A program made the position numbers and the translations under genes. From IMG/VR virus record IMGVR_UViG_3300028568_000061: 22,214 bases of DNA; one strand, 5' to 3'. Each line of letters begins with the position of its first letter. Within the stretch, counting starts at the first letter, position 1. Shown here one piece after another: positions 7,406-14,703 of this stretch. The DNA is from a virus. The notes under the pieces are model-generated. The model searched no databases. It was not told where the DNA came from and saw nothing but the letters and a program-made list of their open reading frames with translations.

Positions 7406-7885
7406 ATGGATCAACTACCAATAAAGACTGTGACCATCGGCGTAACCATTAACCTCGGTGACTACGAGAGTCTGCGAGTCGAGGTTGCCGGCGAGATCGT
7501 GCGGCCGCAGGATGTGAAGAGTATTATATCGTACCTGGACGAGATGTTGGCGCGTTTCGGTCGCGCCGATCCGCGGACCGCCGCAAAGATCGACAGGTAC
7601 CGTGAACACGTATTATCGTCGCCTGGCGCGGAGGTGCCACAGAAAACACTCGATGCCATAGAACCTGATGACCAGGTGAGTGATGGCTCGTCGACGTCTA
7701 TGGTACCGAACACAGAACACATCACGTCTGTAGGATACGAGGTGTCGTCTGGCACAGTATGCGCGCAGTGCGGTGCCGAGGTTTCGAAATCACAGGCGAA
7801 ACTCGCGCAAACATTGTCTGGACGGAATTTATGTGCCTCGTGTTTCGATGAATATATGAAAAGGTATCGTGGAGGATCGAAATGA
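7406..7885 (+). CDS. Hypothetical protein with C-terminal C4 zinc finger
   Basis: ATG 7406; TIGVTINLGDYESLRVEV N-terminal domain; CAQCG...LCASC at the C-terminus. Confidence 0.75.
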   Translation: MDQLPIKTVTIGVTINLGDYESLRVEVAGEIVRPQDVKSIISYLDEMLARFGRADPRTAAKIDRYREHVLSSPGAEVPQKTLDAIEPDDQVSDGSSTSMVPNTEHITSVGYEVSSGTVCAQCGAEVSKSQAKLAQTLSGRNLCASCFDEYMKRYRGGSK

Positions 7886-8637
7886 ACACAAACGACCCTG
7901 TAATGTGGATCGATCATTGGATCACCATCCTACCGGACAGTATAGAAGATGAGATCCGGATCTGGATCGAGGGCTTGTCGCGAGATCGGATCGGATCCCT
8001 GTTGAACACTATTGTGCGTGCGGGTGAGGCGGCCATCGCCGCCTCCTCACCACTTCTGCCATCTATTGGTAATATCTCGGTAGACACGGTCTCGGATACC
8101 ACGCCTGATGTGTCTACTGTCGAGACCGTAGAGACCGTCGAGACTGACCCGAATACTTGCGGCGAAACCGAGACGCCTGGTGGTGAAGAGGTCGCATCGG
8201 ACAGCTCTGGTAACGGCGAGGAGGACGACAACACTCCTCCACCAACCGCCAACGTCGCCGGTCGCCGTGACTGGACACCGAAAGAGGATGCTGTTGTGCG
8301 CGCGGCACCGTCGCCGGCAGTGGCGTACAAGATGTATTACGATGCGTTTCCGCATATCAAGAGGTCAAAGTCGTCTATCAAGTCGCGGTGGTACCGGCTG
8401 GTGCGGTGGGCGGACGAGGATGGCGACCGGATACTTCCACCGCCCGATCTCGATCACTCTGGCCTGCGATACGGTACCAGAGTTGTGATCACCGGTGACG
8501 GAGAATTTGCCGGCGAAACCGGTGTTGTAAAACGCGTGAATGGTGATACCAACGAGGTGTTGGTTGCCATTGATGGTGCACCGGATATGGTGTGGATGCC
8601 GGTCTATGCCGTGACTGTAGATGATGATGGTCTATGA
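7882..8637 (+). CDS. Putative transcription regulator: acidic linker, Myb/SANT-like HTH and C-terminal KOW domain
   Basis: WTPKEDAVV...RSKSSIKSRWYRL (Myb-like) and GTRVVITGDGEFAGETGVVKRVNGDTNEVLV (KOW, NusG/Spt5-like). Confidence 0.6.
   Translation: MNTNDPVMWIDHWITILPDSIEDEIRIWIEGLSRDRIGSLLNTIVRAGEAAIAASSPLLPSIGNISVDTVSDTTPDVSTVETVETVETDPNTCGETETPGGEEVASDSSGNGEEDDNTPPPTANVAGRRDWTPKEDAVVRAAPSPAVAYKMYYDAFPHIKRSKSSIKSRWYRLVRWADEDGDRILPPPDLDHSGLRYGTRVVITGDGEFAGETGVVKRVNGDTNEVLVAIDGAPDMVWMPVYAVTVDDDGL
8119..8145 (+). repeat. 3 x 9-nt tandem repeat encoding VET-VET-VET
   Basis: GTCGAGACC GTAGAGACC GTCGAGACT in the low-complexity linker. Confidence 0.8.
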
Positions 8638-9110
8638 GGCCGATACTATATGTCTGCGGTCCGTACACAGGTACTGACTCGACAGAGACCACGAAAAACG
8701 TCATGACCGCGCGATCATACGCGATCGAGGCATGGCGGCGAGGATGGACTGTGTTCTGTCCGCACCTCAACTCGGCGCATTTTGAACGGTGTATCCCGGA
8801 GATCCGGCACGACGGTTGGATCAATGCGTATCTCGATATCCTGCGGCGACTCGATCCAGATGCCGTCCTCCTGATCGAAGGATGGTCTGGCAGTCCTGGT
8901 GCGGTATTCGAATACACTACCGCACGTGACGAGTTGAGGACTGAGATCCTGGGACCGTTCCACAGTCCTGATGAGATGCCGCGCGCACCGAAACTGTGTC
9001 CTGTGTACCGCCAGGTGCACTACGAAACGGATAGTCGTGACACCTGCGGATCGAGTGATCGGCGGTGTCCGGCAGGCGTGAGTTGTCCGATCAGGAGACG
9101 GTGCCGGTAA
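8634..9110 (+). CDS. DUF4406 / nucleoside 2-deoxyribosyltransferase-like protein with Cys-rich tail
   Basis: LYVCGPYTG ... GWTVFCPHLN ... DAVLLIEGWSGSPGAVFE motif set. Confidence 0.75.
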   Translation: MRPILYVCGPYTGTDSTETTKNVMTARSYAIEAWRRGWTVFCPHLNSAHFERCIPEIRHDGWINAYLDILRRLDPDAVLLIEGWSGSPGAVFEYTTARDELRTEILGPFHSPDEMPRAPKLCPVYRQVHYETDSRDTCGSSDRRCPAGVSCPIRRRCR

Positions 9111-9136
9111 AAAAGGTTTGAAGGAGGTTTAAGAAT

Positions 9137-9847
9137 ATGAGTAAGTACAAACACGAATCCCTAAACTGTCTTGACGGTCTAGAACATAAAACCGGCCCAA
9201 AACTGCATCAGAGGATATATGACGATATCCTAATCAAAGGACTGGAATTCACACATGAACATATGGACGAATTTCGGCCAAACATCAGTTTCCTGCGCGA
9301 CCTGATCGAGATCTCAACCAGATATACCAACGAGGTCGGCAGGTTCAACGACATCTTTGGCGAATGGCTCGAACACAACGACGAGATCAATGTTCGTGCA
9401 GGCCAGTATTTCACGCCGATCGATGTTGTTGACGCGATGATCGAGATCCTTTTCGGTGGCCAGGATCTCGGTCGCCAGGATCCGTGGTTGATCTGCGATC
9501 CTGCGAGTGGTACCGGGAGGTTTATGCTCCGGATCGCCAACTATTTTGACACTCACAATGATGGCGCGCTCAACTTTGTGATCACAAACGTTGACTCTGA
9601 TGGTCGCGCGTTCGTGTATTGTACCGCAAACGCCATCCTAAACGGAATACCTGCGTTCCATATCTATGGAGACAGTCTCAAATTAGAGGTGTGGGACGCG
9701 TTTGTCACGGTACCAGTGGGCCGGTACGCATACTGGTACCGGATCAAACCTGGTGTGGCTCATGACATCCTGATCCAGTTCACCACACCGTTTCCTGACA
9801 TCAAGATGGTGAACCGCGGCACGGATGGCGACGATAATGGAGAATGA
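9137..9847 (+). CDS. N6-adenine MTase (HsdM)-like protein lacking catalytic motif IV
   Basis: GQYFTP (motif X), ICDPASGTGRFM (motif I) and GDSL present; no NPPY/F before the stop. Confidence 0.7.
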   Translation: MSKYKHESLNCLDGLEHKTGPKLHQRIYDDILIKGLEFTHEHMDEFRPNISFLRDLIEISTRYTNEVGRFNDIFGEWLEHNDEINVRAGQYFTPIDVVDAMIEILFGGQDLGRQDPWLICDPASGTGRFMLRIANYFDTHNDGALNFVITNVDSDGRAFVYCTANAILNGIPAFHIYGDSLKLEVWDAFVTVPVGRYAYWYRIKPGVAHDILIQFTTPFPDIKMVNRGTDGDDNGE

Positions 9848-9883
9848 TGTGGTTGGTTATGATCTACCAGAGGAGGTGAGAAA

Positions 9884-10258
9884 TTGTTCGTAAACTGCGG
9901 ATGCATTGCATGTAATGGCCGAGGTGACGCCATAATAACCATCTGGCGTGAAAACGAGATGCACAAATTTGTGATTCGGCGCGAAAACCTTGACGCCTTG
10001 TTTTCAGGAAAAACGGCGCCGGTGGGCCGTTTAGGTGTTGTGGAGATACCTAACTACGGTCGCGCGGCACTCTCTAAACCAGACGAGAACGGCGACCGTA
10101 AAGGTATCGTGTTCCGCGTTGACTGTTTTCCAGGAACGGTGTTTACGACCGCGAAGAAGGCGCTCGAACACGTGCAACGCGGCGAATGGCCGTGCGCCGG
10201 TATCGCGGAAATTGTCGGCCGGAAAGATGATGAAGTACAGGAGGAGGCGGTTGCGTGA
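9884..10258 (+). CDS. Hypothetical protein (TTG start)
   Basis: Very strong RBS GAGGAGGTGA at 9870-9879; N-terminal CGCIAC. Confidence 0.7.
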   Translation: MFVNCGCIACNGRGDAIITIWRENEMHKFVIRRENLDALFSGKTAPVGRLGVVEIPNYGRAALSKPDENGDRKGIVFRVDCFPGTVFTTAKKALEHVQRGEWPCAGIAEIVGRKDDEVQEEAVA

Positions 10259-10734
10259 CTGCGAAGGTAGAGAATATCGACCTGCCGCAAGGCGTGCGGT
10301 TAGATCCTCGTCGTGGCAAAATGGGAGGTCAGTACGTGTTTGTGGCCTGCCCCGTCTGTGGTCGGAAAAGGAGATACGTTCTGTCCTGGTATCGCAGTCA
10401 GTTGAGGCGGGGTAACGCGCCGAGGACGTGTTCGCGGGAGTGCGCAGGGATAATGCGACAAAAACTACGGCCGGCATCAGATACCCAGGAACCTGTCAAC
10501 GAGATCGAAGACCTCCTGCCCTGGGTGCGGCTGGATGAGTACCGCGGACCAGGAGGGGGTTGGTACGTGATCGTGACCTGCGTGGTTTGTGGTCGGGAAA
10601 GTCGGATGCGGATCTCCGAGTTTCGATCACGTGAACGAAAAGGGTTTACGCCGAGGGCGTGTTCGCGGAAATGCGCATGGGTGTTACGGAGGAGGGCGAA
10701 AAACGAGTGTATGGTAACGGAGGTGGTTGCGTGA
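10255..10734 (+). CDS. Basic protein with two tandem C2-C2 zinc-finger repeats
   Basis: Internal duplication: VRLD..RG..GG.YV.V.C.VCGR...S..RS..R.G..PR.CSR.CA occurs twice. Confidence 0.75.
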   Translation: MTAKVENIDLPQGVRLDPRRGKMGGQYVFVACPVCGRKRRYVLSWYRSQLRRGNAPRTCSRECAGIMRQKLRPASDTQEPVNEIEDLLPWVRLDEYRGPGGGWYVIVTCVVCGRESRMRISEFRSRERKGFTPRACSRKCAWVLRRRAKNECMVTEVVA

Positions 10735-11171
10735 CTGCGACCACGACCGCCTCGCGAAAGGCGAAAGGCAGGCGGTTTCAACAGGCGGTCCGGGACGATA
10801 TCATTAAACGGTTGGGTATTGATCCTGGGGATATACAGTCCACGGGTATGGGTCAGGCGGGGTGCGATCTCTACTTATCGCCGGAGGCCCGTATATGGTT
10901 CCCCTTCGCGGCCGAGTGTAAGTTCCAGGAAAAAGTCTCACTCTGGCCCTGGTGGAACCAATGTGTAGAAAACGCCGAGAAGGAAGATCTTGCGCCGCTG
11001 CTTCTGATTCGGCGGTCTCGCACCGAGCCGCTGGCGGTCCTGTGGTGGGATGATTTTCTCGCCATGGTGGCCGCGCACAACAATTGGATGATGCTCGCAG
11101 TCGAACTACTCTCACGTGCCATGGCGGCCGAGATACCGCCAGACACAAAAGAGTGGGAGGATGCGCTCTGA
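10731..11171 (+). CDS. hjc: Holliday junction resolvase (Hjc-like PD-(D/E)xK nuclease)
   Basis: Start re-called at GTG 10731 (RBS GGAGGTGG); SRKAKGRRFQQ, GCDL, ECKFQE, PLLLIRRSR motifs. Confidence 0.75.
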   Translation: MTATTTASRKAKGRRFQQAVRDDIIKRLGIDPGDIQSTGMGQAGCDLYLSPEARIWFPFAAECKFQEKVSLWPWWNQCVENAEKEDLAPLLLIRRSRTEPLAVLWWDDFLAMVAAHNNWMMLAVELLSRAMAAEIPPDTKEWEDAL

Positions 11172-11386
11172 TGACCAGGATACTCAAGATCGAGACGTGC
11201 GATCGGTGCCCCTATGCGGTAGGATCGCGCGGGTGCGGTCATGATGCCGTACTCTGGAGTGATGGAGTTGTCAGTGGCCGGGCACGGCCGTTCGACGACT
11301 ATTTTCTGATACCAGACTGGTGCCCACTGGAAAAGGTGGGGCCTGACTGGCGACCGCCTGGACGAGGAGGAGGCGATACTATATGA
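11171..11386 (+). CDS. Small Cys-containing phage protein (CxxCP...C...IPDWCPL)
   Basis: TGATG-coupled start at 11171; IPDWCPL motif recurrent in phage small proteins. Confidence 0.7.
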   Translation: MTRILKIETCDRCPYAVGSRGCGHDAVLWSDGVVSGRARPFDDYFLIPDWCPLEKVGPDWRPPGRGGGDTI

Positions 11387-11697
11387 GACATTTTCATCGG
11401 CGTATCAGACTCTACGGCGTGGCAGAACAGATCTACAAACTCGTCGGCGAGGAACCGTTTACTCTGGAAGATCTGGTGCAGGCCGGCATCAGGATCTATC
11501 CATCGAACCTGGTGAACCTGCGAACGCGTGGTGCGGTGACACACCCACCAGACACTGAGAATCCGTCGCCATATGGCGTGACCAGACCGCGTCGAGTATC
11601 AAATGAACAAGGCGCGGCGAAATACTGGATCCTGACACCGGAGGCGGTAAGAGTGATCAGAAAAGAGTTAGGTGAGATAGATGACGACGAAGACTGA
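11383..11697 (+). CDS. Putative winged-helix DNA-binding protein
   Basis: FTLEDL...SNLVNLRTRGAV...YWILTPEA resembles wHTH helix and wing pattern. Confidence 0.5.
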   Translation: MRHFHRRIRLYGVAEQIYKLVGEEPFTLEDLVQAGIRIYPSNLVNLRTRGAVTHPPDTENPSPYGVTRPRRVSNEQGAAKYWILTPEAVRVIRKELGEIDDDED

Positions 11698-11869
11698 GAT
11701 GGTGCCGATCTGCACCGTAGATCCTGAACACGAACATTTGATCGAGACCTATTTTGGTCAGGCGATGATGAACTACGCAATTGAGGATGGTGTTGTAAAA
11801 GTGACCGGTGATGAGGTAAGTCGCGCGAAAGAGGTTTTGAGTAAGTACGGCCGGTTTGTGCCTGGATAA
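11681..11869 (+). CDS. Hypothetical protein, last gene of the early operon
   Basis: RBS AGGTGAG; overlaps the previous gene; followed by a T-rich tract. Confidence 0.65.
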   Translation: MTTKTEMVPICTVDPEHEHLIETYFGQAMMNYAIEDGVVKVTGDEVSRAKEVLSKYGRFVPG

Positions 11870-11884
11870 TTTTTATCTCTTTTT
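11870..11884 (+). terminator. Oligo-T archaeal-type terminator
   Basis: TTTTTATCTCTTTTT immediately after the TAA at 11867-11869. Confidence 0.55.
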
Positions 11885-11885
11885 C

Positions 11886-11992
11886 AGATGTGGAGTGAGG
11901 TGTTGAGGTGAGTAGATAGATGCGAGACACCACGCGGCTGGAGGTAGGTAGGATGAAGAACCATTGGAGACAGGTTTCCTCACTCCACATCT
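11886..11992. repeat. Perfect 15-bp inverted repeat with 77-bp spacer
   Basis: AGATGTGGAGTGAGG (11886-11900) and CCTCACTCCACATCT (11978-11992). Confidence 0.9.
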
Positions 11993-12124
11993 ACACTATT
12001 GCCGCGCGGCCGTAAATATCTTGCGCATCGGTGGAGAGACTCTGTTGGTATGCATGGCAGTGCCGTTTTTTGTATGCATCGTACCTTTGGTACACCGGCT
12101 CAACCGGTGCTGGAAACAAAATAA

Positions 12125-12137
12125 CGCCAAATTGGCG
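12125..12137. promoter_or_regulatory. Palindromic operator-like site CGCCAA-A-TTGGCG, copy 1
   Basis: AACGCCAAATTGGCG at 12123-12137 recurs at 12425-12439. Confidence 0.55.
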
Positions 12138-12300
12138 AGATCTCGGATCGCGAGATCACCAAAAACAGATCGAAAAGTGCCTGAAAATGGATCAGGATCG
12201 CCACTTTTTGGTGGTTGAAGTGTCATTTTTGATACGAATTTTCCAGTGGCGGAGAGGTATTTCCACTGGAGACGAGGAGGTGCCGCACCTTGAGACCTCA

Positions 12301-12361
12301 AAAAACCGATCAAAAATGATCATTTTTCGATCGAAAATGGATCAAAACCGATCAAAAATGA
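12301..12361. repeat. Helically phased GATC/A-tract array (iteron- or bend-like)
   Basis: GATC starts at 12308, 12318, 12329, 12340, 12350; 18-bp direct repeat AAAACCGATCAAAAATGA at 12302 and 12344; 16-bp palindrome AAAAATGATCATTTTT at 12312-12327. Confidence 0.85.
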
Positions 12362-12400
12362 GGTGCGAGAGGCCAAAAACGAGGTATCGCGTGAGATAGT

Positions 12401-12444
12401 TTTATATAGGTGTAATTTCGAAAAAACGCCAAATTGGCGTTTTT
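12401..12444 (+). promoter_or_regulatory. TATA box with 23-bp palindromic operator over the predicted start site
   Basis: TTTATATA at 12401-12408; AAAAACGCCAA-A-TTGGCGTTTTT at 12422-12444. Confidence 0.65.
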
Positions 12445-12484
12445 GAAAATACGAGAGATCTAGAGGTGTTCTCTGTATACAGTG

Positions 12485-12634
12485 ATGCATAAGAAAATAT
12501 GTGATATATTCCGAGTATTCGAGATGATACGGCCGTACATTGGAGATAAAAGTGTGTGCATTATGGATGTGTTGGTTGATGGCACTCCTATCTTTCCGGA
12601 GAAAGTGTATGCCAGGTTCGGTAATGGCTTCTGA
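12485..12634 (+). CDS. Possible 49-aa micro-ORF, not in the ORF track
   Basis: Hand translation MHKKICDIFRVFEMIRPYIGDKSVCIMDVLVDGTPIFPEKVYARFGNGF; downstream of TATA 12401 with GAGGTG at 12464-12469; no homology evidence. Confidence 0.3.
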   Translation: MHKKICDIFRVFEMIRPYIGDKSVCIMDVLVDGTPIFPEKVYARFGNGF

Positions 12635-12790
12635 GTTCCTCTTCCGCCATTACATAATGTCTTGTTGTAGTGGTATGTCGTTCATAATATATATAACTAT
12701 CTTTCAAGGCAAAAGACTCAAAAATTACCGGCATACCTCTTTTCTCGAAAACAGTGTATGACATCGACCACAACATCTAAAATGCATACA

Positions 12791-12827
12791 TATATATGGA
12801 TACAGGATCTACTATAGATCCGAGGTG
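12791..12827 (+). promoter_or_regulatory. Promoter/operator of the RHH gene
   Basis: TATATATG 12791-12798; palindrome GGATCTA-CTA-TAGATCC 12805-12821; RBS GAGGTG 12822-12827. Confidence 0.65.
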
Positions 12828-12834
12828 GTAAAGG

Positions 12835-13470
12835 ATGAACCGGAAACGTACTACACTATCTCTTCCTCCTGGTCTTCTGGAACAGGCCAGGAATGCAGGT
12901 CTCACAAACATCTCAGAATTCTGCACTCGAGTACTTGAGGCGTACTTGGATGGAGTGCAGGATACCGATGCGATCGCATCGAAACTCATCGAGGAAGATC
13001 ACATGAAGACACAACTCACTGAAACCGAGATCAACCAGATCATCAGAGACCACATCGAGTCTCACCGCGACGAGATCCTGAGGCATCTCGCACAACACGG
13101 ATCGTTCGGCAGAAAATGTATCGACCGGATCAGAGTAGGTATCCTCCTGGATACCGGTCAGGAGGTATCTCCGGCACAGATCCGGCCAATACTCGACGAA
13201 GTGCGCGACGAGGCCTGGAAAACAGGAGACCTCCACGCAGTACACGCAAGACTCCAATTTGATCGGGAGTTTAGTCTCTACGGTGCAAAGATCTACGAAT
13301 ATATCACGACGGACGACGGCCGCATCGCCGAGGCCATGCACACCAAGGTTGAGCAGGACCCGGGCCTGACGTTTCTGTGGGCCAGCGGCATCATCGAGCA
13401 TTTCGCCGAACACGGGATTACCGTCCACTCACCAACGGTGATACGAGTGTTGGGGATGGTAAACAGGTAA
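12835..13470 (+). CDS. Protein with N-terminal ribbon-helix-helix (CcdA/CopG-like) domain and unknown C-terminal domain
   Basis: KRTTLSLPPGLLEQARNAGLTNISEFCTRVLE fits the RHH beta-alpha-alpha pattern. Confidence 0.65.
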   Translation: MNRKRTTLSLPPGLLEQARNAGLTNISEFCTRVLEAYLDGVQDTDAIASKLIEEDHMKTQLTETEINQIIRDHIESHRDEILRHLAQHGSFGRKCIDRIRVGILLDTGQEVSPAQIRPILDEVRDEAWKTGDLHAVHARLQFDREFSLYGAKIYEYITTDDGRIAEAMHTKVEQDPGLTFLWASGIIEHFAEHGITVHSPTVIRVLGMVNR

Positions 13471-13495
13471 AGTATATATACCTACAAACCAAACA
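13469..13495 (+). promoter_or_regulatory. BRE/TATA promoter for the Zn-ribbon, ParB-Dam and nuclease genes
   Basis: AAAGTATATATA 13469-13480, 23 nt before ATG 13503; AAACCAAACA at 13486-13495. Confidence 0.6.
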
Positions 13496-13502
13496 CTATT
13501 TT

Positions 13503-13658
13503 ATGCGTCTATATTGCAAACGCGACAACTATCTATGGAACTACAGGGGCAAACGAAAACCGGGGCAGGTAACAACATGCCCTGGATGTGGTAGTAAAGT
13601 GAGAATTCGAGAATACACCGAGGAGGAAATTGGCGATGCGGATAGATCCAGAGTTTAA
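13503..13658 (+). CDS. Small zinc-ribbon protein (51 aa)
   Basis: MRLYCKRDNYLWNYRGK...TTCPGCGSKVRI, the C-x-W-x-Y-x-G...CPxC pattern of small archaeal virus/plasmid Zn ribbons; first CxxC appears as CxxD. Confidence 0.65.
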   Translation: MRLYCKRDNYLWNYRGKRKPGQVTTCPGCGSKVRIREYTEEEIGDADRSRV

Positions 13659-14703
13659 GGCGCTCATCCCGCAACTAACTGAAGATGAGTTCAAGTATCT
13701 CGAAGAGTCCATCCTCGCCGAGGGGTGCCGCGACGCACTCGTGGTGTGGGGAGATGTTCTCATTGATGGACATCATCGGTACGAGATATGTACGAAACAC
13801 AGCATCGAGTACAAAACGGTGCAAAAAGAGTTTGAAACAAGGGAGGAGGCAAAAAAGTGGATAATTATCAACCAGATAGGACGGCGGAACGTTACACCGG
13901 AACAGAGGAAATACCTTATCGGGAAGTTGTATCTGGAAGAGAAGAAAGAGCGAACAGATACACTCATACAAAATATACCGATAGCAAATTATTTGCCAAC
14001 GGGGAGCACAGCAGAACGCATCGGCGAGCAATTCGGAGTATCTCACCAAACCGTCAAGAATAACGCCGAGTTTGCAAAAGCCGTTGATATTATTGCGGAT
14101 ACGTATGGAGAGGATGTAAAACAAGAGATCCTGTCTGGCAAAACCAAGATACCTGCAAAGGAGATCACAAACCGCGCGAAACAATTGTTTACTAGCGAGA
14201 CACCAGAGTGGTATACTCCAAAAAAGATAGTTGATCGCGTAATTGAGTTCTTTGGAGAGATAGATCTCGACCCGTGTAGCAACGCGCATGGCGACGAGGC
14301 AAACATTCCTGCAAAAATGCATTTTACGCGCGAAGATGATGGGTTGCGGCAGGAGTGGAAAGGCAAGATTTACATGAATCCCCCATATGGGCGAGAGGTT
14401 GCGGATTGGATCTCAAAACTGCATCGTGAGGTTGCGAACAACAATGTTGAAGAGGCCATCGTTCTGGTGGCATCACGAACGGACACGCAGTGGTTTAACA
14501 GTCTCGTCAGAGAGGGATATCTGTGGTGTGCAGTAGAGGGGAGATTATCGTTTACTGGGCTCGATACGGAGAAGAATTGTGCGCCGTTCCCGTCGGCAAT
14601 TTTCTACATCGGAGAACGGGTTCAAGATTTTTATCATACATTTAAGGATTTTGGGCCTATATGTAGGGTACTTTTTGATGAGGAGATGGATCAATATGAA
14701 TGA
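13636..14703 (+). CDS. dam: ParB-like N-terminal domain fused to phage Dam-family (PF05869-like) N6-adenine DNA methyltransferase
   Basis: N-terminal IDPEFKALIP...LIDGHHRY...NQIGRRN; C-terminal EWYTP, DLDPCS, YMNPPYG, SRTDTQWF; start re-called at ATG 13636 (RBS AGGAGG). Confidence 0.85.
   Translation: MRIDPEFKALIPQLTEDEFKYLEESILAEGCRDALVVWGDVLIDGHHRYEICTKHSIEYKTVQKEFETREEAKKWIIINQIGRRNVTPEQRKYLIGKLYLEEKKERTDTLIQNIPIANYLPTGSTAERIGEQFGVSHQTVKNNAEFAKAVDIIADTYGEDVKQEILSGKTKIPAKEITNRAKQLFTSETPEWYTPKKIVDRVIEFFGEIDLDPCSNAHGDEANIPAKMHFTREDDGLRQEWKGKIYMNPPYGREVADWISKLHREVANNNVEEAIVLVASRTDTQWFNSLVREGYLWCAVEGRLSFTGLDTEKNCAPFPSAIFYIGERVQDFYHTFKDFGPICRVLFDEEMDQYE

Noticed and set aside
5242-10258. Possible paralogy between the proteins at 5242 and 9884
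   Set aside because: Only a vague shared pattern in the C-terminal halves; cannot be supported without profile alignment
11964-12399. Track ORFs 11964-12218, 11996-12313 and 12031-12399 as genes
   Set aside because: They overlap in different frames across repeat-rich DNA, lack RBSs and give low-complexity translations; a cis-acting region explains the sequence better
12588-12989. Minus-strand ORFs 12777-12989 and 12588-12776 joined by TAG-ATG
   Set aside because: The upstream part is antisense to the well-supported RHH gene; no motif or RBS support
12835-13658. RHH plus downstream small ORF as a CcdAB-type toxin-antitoxin pair
   Set aside because: The RHH protein is 211 aa with a large extra domain; the downstream gene is a Zn ribbon with its own promoter, not a known toxin
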